From contig NC_045698.1 in the NCBI RefSeq assembly GCF_009834535.1, positions 13,394,001 to 13,458,000 on the forward strand: a DNA stretch of 64,000 nt, in the 5' to 3' direction. Numbering within the stretch: the first letter of the stretch is position 1; every line of letters begins with the position of its first letter. Position numbers and translations under genes: made by a program. This DNA is from Camelus ferus. Its lineage: Eukaryota. The notes below the pieces were generated by a model. That model searched no databases, had not been told where the DNA came from, and saw only the letters and a list, made by a program, of their open reading frames with translations. Below are positions 24,111 through 37,637 of the stretch, piece after piece.

Positions 24111-27100
24111 AGTGAAATTAGAGGAAGTGTTGACAGCAATTAAGAAGATAAATTTAGATTTTTTTATCAAGTAAAAACCTTGAAGGCAAAGTAAATGCCA
24201 AGGACAGTAATGGTTTTGATTATAATCAATAGCAATTTTGTCAATGTCTGGCCAAATTATAACTCAACTTATTTTATAATTCTTTTAGTTTAGACCTACT
24301 GTCATCCAACTTTTATTATCTCTTATAACTATTGAGATTAAAAAATTAGAAAAATATGTTTATCCTAGAACAATTCAATATTGATTATATGATCAGTACA
24401 GGCAGGTTTATTTAAAATACATGGGGACAAAATATATTATACATATATTTTACATAATATTTGATTTTGTTTATGTAGAAAGGATAAAATGCTCCTGTAT
24501 CCAACAGCTATTAGGCCTTTTAAAGAATTTAAAAGAAAAATAATTTTTCCATGATGGTCCTTTAACAAGTAAATGTAACAAAGATCTGACATGTTTGCTG
24601 ACTATTTACCTTGCACAATTATGCTCCGCACCTTAGTGCATTCCCTGAAGCAGTTTATTTCATCTGGCAACACATGGAAACTTATTTTCTAGTAAAGCTC
24701 TATTTTAGAAGAGTTGTAGACCCACCGATCTAAATAAAAATTGCAAAGATGGTAGAAATGTGAACTTTTGAACCATAATTTTTTCTTCTTAGAATGCAGA
24801 AATGATGTGATATGATAGACTCTGAAGAAATAAATATCCGACTGAGAACCAGAGTAAATTGGAATGTTTTGCTTTGTGGTTTGGAGATGCAAAAAAGAAA
24901 CTTTTTGGTTTTCTTTAACTTTTCCTTAGAGAATGTAAGCTGTGTTGTGATGTCAAACTCATTCTAAGTTTAGACACCACAGACAAGTTGTACACTCTAA
25001 TTAAAACAAAATGAATATACATTTCTTACACATAAATCTTTGATGGTGGGAAATGTACCTTAATGTTTCTAAAGACTCCTCAGTAGTCAAAATGCCTCTC
25101 GCTATGATGATGCTACTTTTTGCAGCCACCTAAAATAGTTATCAAAGTGAATTTGACACACCAAGATCATCTCATACTTGTGTACTGTTTGATAATTGGG
25201 TTACTTGGGACCATTTACTCCAAAATATCCACAGTCTTAAAAAATTTCTATCAGAAGACATTATGCAAAAACATTTATGCCTAACAAAATATTTAATTTT
25301 CAAAAGTTGTTCAGTGAAGCTCTATTAATTCAATAAATTGTATATTTAATCTTATTAGCTAAAACATTTTTTTTCTGCTTCTCTTTAATAATGTGACGTA
25401 TTTTAATGTCTTCTGAAAAACTGAGACAAATAAGAAGCTGGACAGTTTATACAATAAAGCTACTTTTAAGGAGAGCATTTAAAATGTTAATCTTTTGAAA
25501 AAACAAAGGGTCATAAATTTTAACATAATTCTTAATGTTCATATTAAATTTATATTATTACCTATATCTAAATATTTTAGTCAATATCCACTGGTTACTG
25601 TAAGTTATTAACTTTGGGAATTTATTTTTTCTTGACATTGTATCTTTTTTTTCCTTCATTCAAAAGAAAAACACTTGTGTCCCATGAGGAAAAAAATGTT
25701 ACCACTCCATTTCTCAGATAAATAAAATAAATTCAGGTCTTTTTTTTGTTGTTGTCAGTTGAGGCCCATAAGAGGACTCCAGACTCTAAAAATACTGAAA
25801 GCATAATCTATAAAAAATATCCTAGCATGTATTTTGTTCTTGTAATAGATTCACATATGTCACTGGGGAGCAACTCCCTCACTCAGTACTCAATGTTTTT
25901 CATATTCTTCTCCTCAATAGTATCTTCTAACTCAGAGCGCCTGTGGCTGTAAACAAGTGGTTCTTTAAAAAATAACAAAAACAGTTCTGGTATCCCCAAG
26001 TGTTCGTTTGTTTTTTGGTTGTTTTTGCTAGTCTTCCTGCTTTGCTTTGGATGAAATATTTCCTTTGAACTTGGATCGACAAGGAAACACCCCATACAAT
26101 ATAGAAAGGCATCTAAATATCTATTAGTATACTATTATTGTTTTTTCTTTTTTAATTCACTCTTTCTTTATTAGGGGAGGTATGAGTGACTTACACATAA
26201 TTGGTAATGTTGGAAAATGAAAATGCATTAGCGTGGTGCATCTCCCCTCACCCCCTTTTATTCCCTAGGATGTCTCAGCCTACAGTGAACGTGTTCTGAC
26301 CTGCCCTCTGCTGTGTTGTAAAGTTAGCACTAAGTTGCAGCTCCATATGTGGCTGACTTAGTAAGGCTGTCGTGTACTGGGGATGCAGTGGAAGGAAGCT
26401 TGTTGCTAAGCACCAAGGCCAACAACTCCATGAGCTGTAAAGCTCACATTTTGATTTCATTTAGCCTTACTTCCGTTTACCTTGAATGGTTCAAGATTCA
26501 GACAGGGGTGCAAGCTATTAACACTCTCCATTGCAAGAAATTCTTTAAGGTCTTTATCAGTTTTATATTTAACCAAATTTAACCAAAAACCTATGGTAAA
26601 TTACAGAGCTGCTGAACATTATCTCTCTGTCTTTCTCTGTTTTCTACATATCTACATCAATGATTTGTCAAGAGTTATTATCCAAACAAATACTTAACAG
26701 TTCCTTTTACAATTTTCATAATGTAACTAAATAAAACACCTTTGAGACTCTTGAGAGTATGACTACATAAACATACGTGGAGTTAATGTTTCTAGTCCAA
26801 TTATCAAAGTTAAAAAGTTGATATCAAAAATGGAGCAAAAATAACAAAACCTGTAAAGCAACACTCCTTACAAAATATTTTAAAAATATTTTTATTTATA
26901 TAATTGTGCAGCCTCAAAAACTTAATGGTATACACTAAGCAAAGTATTTTAAATGCCATTAGTAATCAGATTTTTTTAAAATTATACATAACTTTAAACA
27001 AACAAAAAAATACTAATCATGAATATTCATTCCTATGAGATAAATTGCATCTATATAAAAATTGCTTCAAACTGTTTATAGCTTGCAAAATTCTTTGGGG

Positions 27101-29039
27101 GATAAATGAATATATGGAAGGAAGGTTAAAGATCCTTTGTAATTTCTTAAAATCACTCAAGCTTTTAAAAATTCTTACTTTAAAAAAATTTTTCCACCAA
27201 TAGTGTGGCTATTGACTTTTAATATTAGGGTAAATTGAGTTTAAGTAAACCCACCTCTACCTAAAACACATATAAATATTGTGTTATTAAATTTTAAAAA
27301 TTGAGTATCCATGGTCCAAATAACAGAGGGAGTAATTCATTTATGAGAAAAATTAAAAAGCAGCATGTCAATAATAATAAGCATTCACTATATAACTTAA
27401 TTGGAAATCAGGTACTCCATTCAATCATTGACTTTCATACATTAGCTGAGTTATTTGGTGAATGCAATTTAACCTTTTAGGTTTCTTCATCTTCTTCCAA
27501 ATGTGGGGATTGAACTCTCTTAAAATTATCTGTTGCTAATATTTTCTTTCAGAAAGCACATTTAATTTAAAACCTAAATATATTTAGGGGAAAAAAAGTT
27601 GGGTAGATGCATTATCAAATTTGTTTCCACTTAAAAACCACTTTTGGATTTTATAAAACTTTAACTTGTTCTAGGTTTTATAGACTGCAGAACCATCTTC
27701 ACCTCATTATGGCATATTTTTTTTAAATTGATTTGAATAAGTCATTTATATGATGATTGAATCTACCATCCTATTCTACAAAATGTCTTGCTATTAGAAT
27801 ATCCATTATAAGCATTTTTAAATAAATTAGTAAAAACATTTTAGGATGATACGTGGATCTGTGAATGAATGAGGAAAATAAAGGCATAATAGCCGAGGTA
27901 AAGTATAAATGAATACCTTCTGTGCAATCTCAAAACATGTTTTTATCTGTATTATTTCACCAGTTCAAATGAGTACCTAGAACTTCCATTCATTTCACGG
28001 AGTTTCTGTAACATTGTTTTCTTATTGAGAATGTTTATGTTCTACAATATTTTGGAAATAAAGTTTTATATTCTCTACCCTTATGTAAATGACTCAAACA
28101 TGTCATACAATTTTATCTCTAGACATTTTTTGAGTAATGGAATAAAAATCTCACCATAAAATGAGAGTTAACATATTATAGATTGATAGAAAATCTTGTC
28201 TAAAGATAAATGGTCCAGCCTTTGTGTAATAATCTCACAGATTATATCCTGAAGTTAAGTAAAGCAATTCAATTCCACTCTATTATTTCTGAATTGTTGT
28301 GGAAACAGGAGAAACAGGTGTTAATGTTGATCACTGCTTAAGGAGTCACCATCATTCTTTAGTCACAAAATGTGTTTATCTCCACAGGGCAGAAAATGGG
28401 GCATTAAAGATAAATCATCATCCTCACGTGAGAAACAAATTGCCCATTTTCCCATTTACAGGACACAGTCAAATGGGTAGATGCAAGTCTCTTATTTGAA
28501 AAGTTTTAGTTTTGAGCCAAAGAGAACAAAGAGTCAAGAGAACAGCTCTTCAAGGATAAAAGTACAGTTGTCATTACAGTTAAAACCATACCATAATTTT
28601 ATATTTCTTTTTACACAGACGGATCATGAAAAAGCAAAATGGACAGTTGATTGCCAAAAAGGAAGTGATCATTTTTCAATAATGTCTTTTATGATGCTTA
28701 AACTAAGAATTATATTCCCAGTGCTCTAAAATCAACATCATACTGTACACAATTTAATCTTCAATAATACAATATTAAAATTTTTTGTCTTTCATTGAAA
28801 AGCAGACAGCCATTATCATACTTCAAGTTTGTTTTCCTTAAGAAAAAGCTCATGATTTATGATGACTCCTTAAAACTTAGATTTCATAGATCTTACCATA
28901 CATCTATGAGAAATATAATTTTTCCCTATTAAAAATCTATATAAAGAGACATACCTACACTGGATAGAACATTAATAGCATTATATAATGTACACTAAGC
29001 ACATTGCTGACACAAAGTCTTCCATATGTTTATAGTTAT

Positions 29040-29425
29040 TTAATCATCATCACCAAAACCTGAAAACCCAAAATGTATTTGTACATGTGAACTGATAAAG
29101 TGTGACACACTTGTCCAATAAAATACTACCTGGCAATCAAAAGAACAAATTATTTATTCACACAACTATATGGATGCATCTTATGTGTCTGTGTTAAGTG
29201 AAATGAGTCAGACACCATGGCTCCATGTTTATATGACCCTCAGCAGAAGGTAAACTGATAGGGATGGAAAACCCATCAGTGCCTGCCACGTGTTGGGGGA
29301 GGAGAGAGTTTTCCTAAAAGGAAGGGACACAAGGTAATTTACATATTGTTCGTGGCTGTTTGGAGCTGCAAAGAAAGAGTTGAGCATGTGACAGACACTG
29401 TATGGTCTACTGAAAAAAAAAAAAC
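29040..29425 (+). mobile_element. Ancient L1M 3' end fragment
   Basis: caccaaaacctgaaaaccc...aaatactacctggcaatcaaaagaacaaatta...tatggatgcatctt...ttaagtgaaatgagtcagacac. Confidence 0.7.
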
Positions 29426-29993
29426 AAAACGCTACCTTTGTTCTCACCTAAATAATGGCAGACATTAGAAGGTAGAGTTCAGGTACTGTTTTCATTGAAT
29501 GTCAAAATATAATTGTCTACCTGAGTTATGATCAACAACATGCGTGTTGCCACTTGCTTTATGTATAAACATGTGTTATTTCCATTAAACGGTTCTTTAA
29601 TGACAAAGTTCATAAATGAGCACGTGATACCTGCTTTTTGTCATGGTGCTTGGCTTCACTCTGACAATTTGAGGCAAATCCACAGTTTTCCTACATTACA
29701 TTGTTGCAGACCTTCGTCTGAAGTTTTATTTGATCATTTGGAAAAAATTGAATTCTGGCTACAATCCACTACACTTTTCAGCCTGTGTTCCAGAGATTAG
29801 GAATGAGATTTAAAGAACAGCAAATGAACAAGAAGCTAAACTCATATACTATGGAAAACAGCACAGAGACAAGTTCCTGAGATCAGTGAGAGGTGGTCAG
29901 GTGAGGGTGAAAATTCATGTATCTACACATAAACCAAAGTAAATTTGAGTCATAGTATTGGAGAATTGTGGATTAATAAAGGTGTGTGATAAT

Positions 29994-30407
29994 TGTTGGT
30001 TCACAAATGTCCTCAGGAGCATCCCTGGATGAGATAGGAAACAGACCCTATACCTGGAGGGTGGAGATGGAATGAAGAGGCAAGCCACCCCAGATTGGTA
30101 AGCGGCAGTTTTATTAAGCAAAGGAACTTACATGCAAGTTTTATCTTGGGCGGCCACAAGGTGAATAGATTTCTGCATTTACCAGACAGAATCTTAATGC
30201 TTATATAAAAGCCTTAACTGGGTTCAGTCATGGGTACCCAGATAGAAATACCACATTCCTATCTCAAGGCTGTACCCCTAAAGCAGCTTCCAGGAGTAGG
30301 GAAGACAACAGAAGGCACATTCTAAGAAGATGAGGAGCCTCCGATTGCCTGGGTCCAGCTGGAAGTTCGAACCTGTGGTCACACTTTCTTGATGACTTCC
30401 ACCAACA
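29994..30407 (-). mobile_element. ERVL-class solo LTR (414 bp)
   Basis: Perfect 7-bp terminal inverted repeat tgttggt/accaaca; perfect 5-bp TSD ataat (29989-29993, 30408-30412); minus-strand AATAAA ~30111-30116 and TATA-like element ~30201-30210. Confidence 0.88.
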
Positions 30408-32503
30408 ATAATTTACGGTGTTCTCTCGACACCAGAAGCATAAAGGAACATAATTATAGTTGGAAAACATGTAACATATAATTTCTCAATAAAATCAGAA
30501 AATGAGACATAAACATAACATAAAATGGCATGTGCATTCCTGATTAACCATAAATAGTTCTGAATAATCCTCATAAATATTCTCCTTCATGAATTTTTTT
30601 GTACAATTTAAAATAATGCATGAGTAACAGAACTTTCCTTAAATTTTTCCCAAACAGGGGCAGATTTAATCATACAGGATACTGATCTCATTTTATTTTC
30701 CATAGTTTCTAATGGCTTTTGACAGCCATTGTGCTGATGCTTTAAAAAATATTTTATTTAATTTAATATAATCTTAATTATATGAAAATATGTCTGCATA
30801 TGCATAGAAAAACAGCCTGTAAAGGAATATACCATCATATTGACAGTAGTTACAATCAAATCACAATATATGATCATATCAGGTGCCCTTAATTTCTCTT
30901 TATGATATTTTTCGGAGTCTTCTAATTCATCTGCATTGAAACTATATTACTTTTTAAGCAGGAAAAAAGGAGGGATTGTAACATTGTCGATATTCTGTGA
31001 AGGTTGTTGGGTCTTTCTATGGTCCATACCTACAATCCAGCCATTTATATACTCTGTTACTAATTTGTAGAGGTATTTCTGGGAATGAAATTGCCATGTA
31101 GCTAAATTACGTGATTTTGACAATAAGTGTTAAAAATTGCCTTTTTTGGTTTTGTTTTCTTGAGAAACACAAATTTCACAACAGTACTCTGTGAGGTTAG
31201 AATTCCTTCCAACATGTCAGCCATGTATTGAAAAAAAAAAAAACCTAACATTTGGCAGTTTTAGAGCATTTTAATGATTTAACTGGGCAGATGGAGGTCA
31301 TTTGGGACAGATGGTAATAACATAGTGTATATATCTGATATCTTTCAAAAAGTAGGCATCCTTATGACTTACATCACAAAAACTTGTCCTTTAGTTTATT
31401 AAATCCCTTTGTTATCTGCTTTCATTGCCACTTGAACACATTATATGAGATGCGAATGATATAATTCATTAATGTGATTCTCTTCCGAAATGTCTGTGTC
31501 CTGAAGAAGCGCAAATATTCACAGAATGAAAATATCCTCATAAAAATGACTTTAGCCCCTCAAGAATGTTGCATACTATCAAATAAAGAAAATCATTTTT
31601 AAGGTAGGTGGACGTTCAATACTACCTACTCTCTCCTGGAGATAATTCTTTCTATAAGGTAATCTTTTATGAAAGCATCAGTGTTTTGAGAACTTGTATT
31701 TCATTTTCTAAAATGAATAGTTATTGGCATAAAATAAGTGTCATTGGATTTAAAGTAGTGAATGCCCTTGTGAGTGGATCAAATAATTTGTCTATTAAAA
31801 TTAGAAGATGAAATTTTTACTCACATTGATAATTATTGATGGTAAAGTACATCAGATGAGATGTATACATGAATTTTGAAACACGTACACATAAAAAGGA
31901 GTGTGTGTATGTGTCTAAGGTTTATAAGCCTGTTTTATCTGTCCTTTATATGGATTTAACATAGCACATATAAGCTTGGTTTAATATTATGTAAGTAATA
32001 TAAATTATGTGAAAATATGTGTATATACATATAATATTGTAAATATAAATACTTTCAAACTTAATGAAAATAAATTTGTGATGTCATTTGGACTAATAAT
32101 AGTAGCAAACTTGTAGTGAACAAATCAACTAAAATATTAAAAAAAAAAAAACCCAGAAACTACCAATGTTTCTAAGTGTCTGACAAATGCGTTTAAATGT
32201 TTTGACTTTTAATGTTTCCCCAGGGAGAATTTTGTATTGGATATTAGGGACCTTGTTTCATTTATTCTAACTCTAATATGGGCCAATAACCAGGCATGTA
32301 CAAGAAGTACATTCACTGAATTTAGCATTGCTTCTAATGTAATGTCAAGGGGCACAAGTCTAAAAGTTGACAGGTTGTGAAACTCTTAAAACCTACTTCC
32401 AAGCAGGTGTCTTGTCTCTTTCAACGTTCTCATTGCCTTCTGAACAGACTGCACTGGATGTTTGGTTTCTCCTAACATGCTCCTAATTTTACAATGTCAA
32501 GGT

Positions 32504-33513
32504 TAAGTCTGGTTTCAGAGATAATATGAACAGTCTAGTGTCACAGGGCCCAGAAGGGCCACATGCTTGGGGCCAATGATCTGTGGCTGCTGTCTTTAAA
32601 TTCTTATTAATTTTATCCTTGAGTCTATATTTTCTAATTGATGTTTGCAGAGGCAAGGGCACATGTTCCAAAGTTTTGGTGCTTCATCTCACCCATGGTT
32701 ATACCTCCTTATGATCTCCTCTTCTACCTGGAGAGGTTGTCCACCTCGTTTCTTTCTCTGGGATGAACTGGCCTTGCCTAGCCTGCCCCTCCCTGCTGCA
32801 CACCTGCCCAGTAACCTCTGCTTTTTGTTAGTCTCAGTGGTGTGGGGAGGATCTGGGCCAGGTGGCTGCAACACCGTTGGAGGTGGTTGCCCAACTTCAC
32901 TGGCTTAGGGCAGTGAAAGGTCTGTGGGAAAGGGAGATGTTCGGCTTAGCTCCCATGACCCCAGCTGGAACACAGCAGGTCAGCTATCACGTTCAATCTT
33001 ATCTTGGGGCAGGGCCTCCAGGCACCTGTGAGGGTCTACACTCAGCCCACAAAAACTCCCATGCTCAAGAGAACCCTCCCTCAGCCTGCTCTGTGCCCAC
33101 AAAAACTCTCTCTCCCAGCTTCCAACCTTCCTATCTTTAGCTTGGCTTTGTCCTCTCTAGCCAGCTTGAGACACGCTCTATGGACAAGCCAATGAACATA
33201 AATTGTGTAATTTTGTTGCTTCTAGTTATGAACTAAATGCTCCGATGTTTGCATTCAAAACTAGTATTTCCTAGTACAATGATGAATGGTACAAATCCAT
33301 GCTGATAATTTACATTTTGATTTTTTTCTTTAGTTAGGACAACATTACATAGCAAATTAAAAACTTGCTAAAAGTTGAGTAGGTAAAAGCACAGAAAAAA
33401 AGAATAGCTTTATATTGTACTACCCTTACTTACATTTTTTTGTCAGATTTTTAAACAAAGGACTCTGTATTTTCATTTTTCCCTAGGCTTCAAAATATAG
33501 GTAGCTGGTCTTG
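32504..33513 (+). mobile_element. MER45B/C-like hAT-Tip100 non-autonomous DNA transposon (~1 kb)
   Basis: Left end ..tcacagggcccagaagggccacatgcttgg..taaattcttattaatttt and right end ttttaaacaaagggactctgtatttttcattt..taggtagctggtcttg match MER45 termini; degenerate 8-bp TSD gtcaaggt / atcagggt. Confidence 0.85.
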
Positions 33514-35389
33514 ATCAGGGTAAAACTTTTATTTCCCTCTTTGTCATTTTGATTGTGTAAATAAGATTACTTAATCATCTGCTATCATACTTCTTGCTTT
33601 ATTACCAAAAAACAAAGGATGAGAAGATATGAATGTTTTTGTAATTCTATAAAAACTTCAGAGCCAAACAACTTCTGGCATAGAATGAGTTTTGGATAAA
33701 CTTCATTAATTTGCAGTAACTTATGGGCATAAAGTGACAGTGTTCAGAGAAAAGCTTTAACTTATGTTATCTACTCCATTAAAAAATAATTAAATGAAAA
33801 AAATGTGTTGTGAACTCTATTTAATAACTTGGTCAAAACTACATTTTGTATTATTCTCATATCCCTGTCATAAACTCATAATAGGAACATAGTCACATAA
33901 TTTAAAGTACATAAGTCACAGGGCTAATTTAACATTGGGGAATGGTCTGAATAGAAAGAGAAATAAATTACCAATGCAAGCTATCTTTTCCTCTGGACCA
34001 GGGAAGTTGTTCATAAATAGGACCATATATTTCAGAACTTTGGAAAAGGATTGTTCTTTATTATAATTTGTGATTACTGAAATTTCCTATAGGATATTTA
34101 GTTGCAGTTCCATATTACATATTAATTTTATATAATTTAAATAGTAATTTATGTGTCATTATTTTTTATTGTAGATGTTATTCATAAATGCTTGTAATAG
34201 AAGCCATTTAAAACAATGTTTATCATAAGGATTTTCTCTGTTATCAGAAATACCTGCTTTTTTTGCAAAACAAGGCAGACTTTTCTTTAAGTCTTGTGGA
34301 ATTAGTTATATGTGTCCTTAAATGTAAAATAAATAAATCAAGTTTGAAGGATATTTTAAAGTGACTGCTGCTATTTAATGATTTGTATTTATTTTAAAAA
34401 TTTGTTTAAAGATAATAGTAAAAAAAGAAACAAACTACATATATGAATAAAGCTTTTAAAACCTCTTCGATACAATTATAACAATAAATTTAGAATTCAA
34501 TTGATTTTGGTTGTTGCTTATCAATACAGTGTCTATATAATTTTATAACATTTGTTCATAACTTTTTTGAACATATAGAAAAAGAAAAAATTTCCAGATT
34601 TCAGCTGATTAAAATTTCTTTAAGAACGAAAGTTATATTAGCTAGCAAAATGGCTGTTTATTTTGGTTCAAATAGTTTCTTTCCAGTAGATAGCATAATT
34701 ACATTTTAGAGCAAAGGCTTGCAATGACTTTCACTTATAAATTTGCCACAGCACATATGTAATTTTAATACAAAATTTCAGATGAAAATGCAGTAAAATA
34801 AAATAAATATAATCAAGGTAATCTCACAAATGCCAGATCAAGTACCTATTGACTGAAGGAGTAAAAACATTCTGACAATCACTGTGATTTGGTTTCAAAT
34901 GCCAACTTTAAACATCAATTACTTAAAAGGTACATTTTTAAAAGGGTGAACCAACAAATGTTATTTTTTATTGGTAAAGGGATCAAGTTGCACCAGCAAT
35001 TTAAAAGTCTGTTTCTTTTTGATGGGTGATTTGATGTCCTAACTTAAATTAGATTCCTCACTAAGGAAGTAGGCAGTGGATATTCATTAGCAACCAATGG
35101 TTTGATCATAAACTAGCAGTTTTTAATAAGTAAGAAGTTGTATAAATTCTCTTTGAAACATGAACACAAAGCAGAGATAATATATAAGTACAATTTTTTG
35201 AATTATTACAATATGCTTCATAGAACTGTTCTCAGGTTCTGGCATATCGAAAAACAAAATCATGCATGACTTTGATATGGGCAAAGTTAAAATAAGTCAG
35301 AATTATTGTTCATATGAAAATAATGACAAAATATCAAATAAATGAGTGCTTTATAAAGTGTCATTACATGTTTCATTCTCCCTTATTCA

Positions 35390-36190
35390 TTTTACAGTAG
35401 TTATACGGAGATAGAATTCAAGTGTCATTAAATAGCCTCTTATAAAGTGTAAAATCCAGTGATTTTGACATATTTGCAGAATTGTGTACCCATCACCACA
35501 ATCTAATTACAATATTACAATCACTGTGACAAGAGCCCCAAACCCATTAGCATTCACTCCCAATTCTCTTCTCCCTCATAGCCCTTGTCAGCTGAGTTTA
35601 CTTGCATCGTTTTGTTTTACCTATCATGAACACTTTATGAAAAAAGAGTCACATAGTATTTTGCTTTTTGTATCTGGCTTTATTTTTCCACACAGCCTAA
35701 TGTTTCCAAGGTACATCCACGTTGTTGCATGTATCAGAACTTTATGCCTTTTCATTACTAAATAACATTCTATCCTATGGCTAGGCTGCATTTAAGATTA
35801 TCAGTTGATTGATGTTTGAATGTCTTCCACATCTGGCTATTGTTAATAATGCTTTTTATATGTGCCATTTTCTCATCATTTTTGTGGGGAAAAAAAGAAA
35901 CTATTCTTTCTCCCATTATAGACTCCTGGCATCCTGAACAAAAAGTAATTACCCATAAATGTAAGGTTTTATTTTGAGCCTTGCAGGTCTGTTTATGTAC
36001 GTATGTATGTATGCACGTATGTATGTATGTATGTATGTATGTATGTATGTATTTATATGTGTATATACATGCCAGTACCAAAATATTTTGATTAGTGTAG
36101 GTCTGTAGTAATAATTGAAATCTGGAAGTGGGGGGACCAACCAATTTCTTTTTTTCTTTTTCCAAGATTATTTTGGCTATTGTTTTGGGC
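35390..36190 (-). mobile_element. L1MB-like 3' end plus ORF2 piece (internal deletion near 35875)
   Basis: ttgtgtacccatcaccacaatctaatt...aaacccattagcattcactccc...ttccaaggtacatccacgttgttgcatgtatcagaact; then gccagtaccaaaatattttgatta. Confidence 0.85.
35994..36070. repeat. (TATG)n microsatellite expanded within L1
   Basis: tatgtacgtatgtatgtatgcacgtatgtatgtatgtatgtatg... Confidence 0.95.
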
Positions 36191-36194
36191 TTCA

Positions 36195-36515
36195 CTGTGC
36201 CCTCTGAAAAGGTCTGTTGAAGCCCTAATCCCTACATCACAAGTATAAATGTGACTTTATTTAGAGAGAGGGCTTTGCAGATGCAATCAAATTAAGGTCA
36301 TATTCTAGGCTGAGCCGCAGGCCAATAAGACTGCTGTCAGTCCGAGAAGAAAAATGTGCAGACACACAGACTCACAGACAGAGGGAAGGTAGTTATTTTA
36401 AAAATGGAGTCAGATTAAAGAGTTATGTTACTATAAGCCAAAGAACATCTGGAGAGACTAGAAGATGAAAGAGGAAGGGAAGAATCTTTCAACAGAGGTT
36501 TCAGAAGGAGATATA
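36195..36515 (+). mobile_element. MLT1C-like LTR, partial
   Basis: gttgaagccctaatccc...aatgtgactttatttagagagagggctttgcagatgcaatcaaattaaggtcat...aagccaaagaacatctg. Confidence 0.8.
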
Positions 36516-36579
36516 GGGTTTTTATAGAGATATATATTGTTTTTATATATCTATTTATTTATTCATTTATTTGCTCATC

Positions 36580-37100
36580 TGTTCTTCCATGGTGTCATCT
36601 TTTATGCTAAATGGATAATTTCATAGAAAATTATTTTTTGTTTCTTGTAATATATTTTAAATAGTATTCTTAATGAGTGCCCCAAAGTTTTAATGAACAT
36701 CTTAATATAAAGCAACTTAGTTTGAATTCATAAAAACTAACTCCTATACATATAAATATTTTACTCCAGTAGACCTCCTTTCTCTTCCCCCTCCGTTATG
36801 CTGAACAGCTGTGTAAGCTACAGTTTTGTAGACAGTGAGTCCATCAACAAGATTTATGATTATTCCTTTACACAGTTGTTTTTAAGTCAGATAGAAGAAA
36901 GAATTAAAAACAAAAATCCACTTATGCTGTATTTTATTTTACATATTTGTTTACCATTCCTACATTCTTTATTTCTTTGTATGGAAATAAGCTAATATGT
37001 AGTGTCCTTCCAGTTCTGTGTGAACCATTTCCTAAGTATTTCTTATAGGGAAGGTCTGAGAGCAATAATCACTCTGAGTTTTTGTTTGTATTTCTTGCCA
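36580..37100 (-). mobile_element. Ancient L1M inter-ORF fragment
   Basis: ttacacagttgtttttaagtcagatagaagaa, taagtatttcttatagggaaggtctgagagcaataatcactctgagtttttgttt. Confidence 0.6.
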
Positions 37101-37135
37101 ACTCAGGTACACATGTTTTTCTATCTATACAAATC

Positions 37136-37637
37136 TGTTTCAGTTGAATTGTACCCACAAAAATATATGTTGAGTTCTAACACCACATATTTGTGAATGT
37201 GAACTTACCCAGAAATATAATTGCTGCTGGTGTAATCAACTTAAGAGGAGATCAGACTGGATTAGGGTAAGCCCTGATCCAATGACTGGTGTCCTTATTA
37301 AAAAAAAAAAAAAAGAGAGAGAGAAATTTTCACTTTAAGATGCACAGCCTCACAGATACATGAAGAATAAGGTAGAGATTGCAGTGATGTACCCACAAGC
37401 CAAAGAACACCAAGGATTGCTGGCATTTACCAGAAGCTAGCAAGAGGCAAGGAAGCATCCTTGCCTAGAGCCTTTGAAGAGAAAGTTTAACACCAACAAC
37501 AACTTGATTTTGTGTTTCTAACATCTACATCTATGAGACACTTCTCTAGGTGAAACATATTGTCTCATAGTTCTAGAGGTTAGAAATAAAAAATCAAATG
37601 TGGTAACTTGTTACTGCAGTCCTAAGAAACTAACACA
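37136..37637 (+). mobile_element. MLT1C-like solo LTR with internal inverted duplication
   Basis: TG...CA ends; TSD aaatc/aaata; actggattagggtaagccctgatccaatgactggtgtccttat, caagccaaagaacaccaaggattgctggc..ccagaagctag, gttactgcagtcctaagaaactaacaca. Confidence 0.9.

Noticed and set aside
32645..33195. GC-rich island with several overlapping ORFs
   Set aside because: Internal part of the MER45-like hAT element; CpG-poor, so not a CpG island or exon.
35770..36195. 141-aa ORF with YIHT repeats
   Set aside because: Translation of a (TATG)n microsatellite inside a decayed L1.
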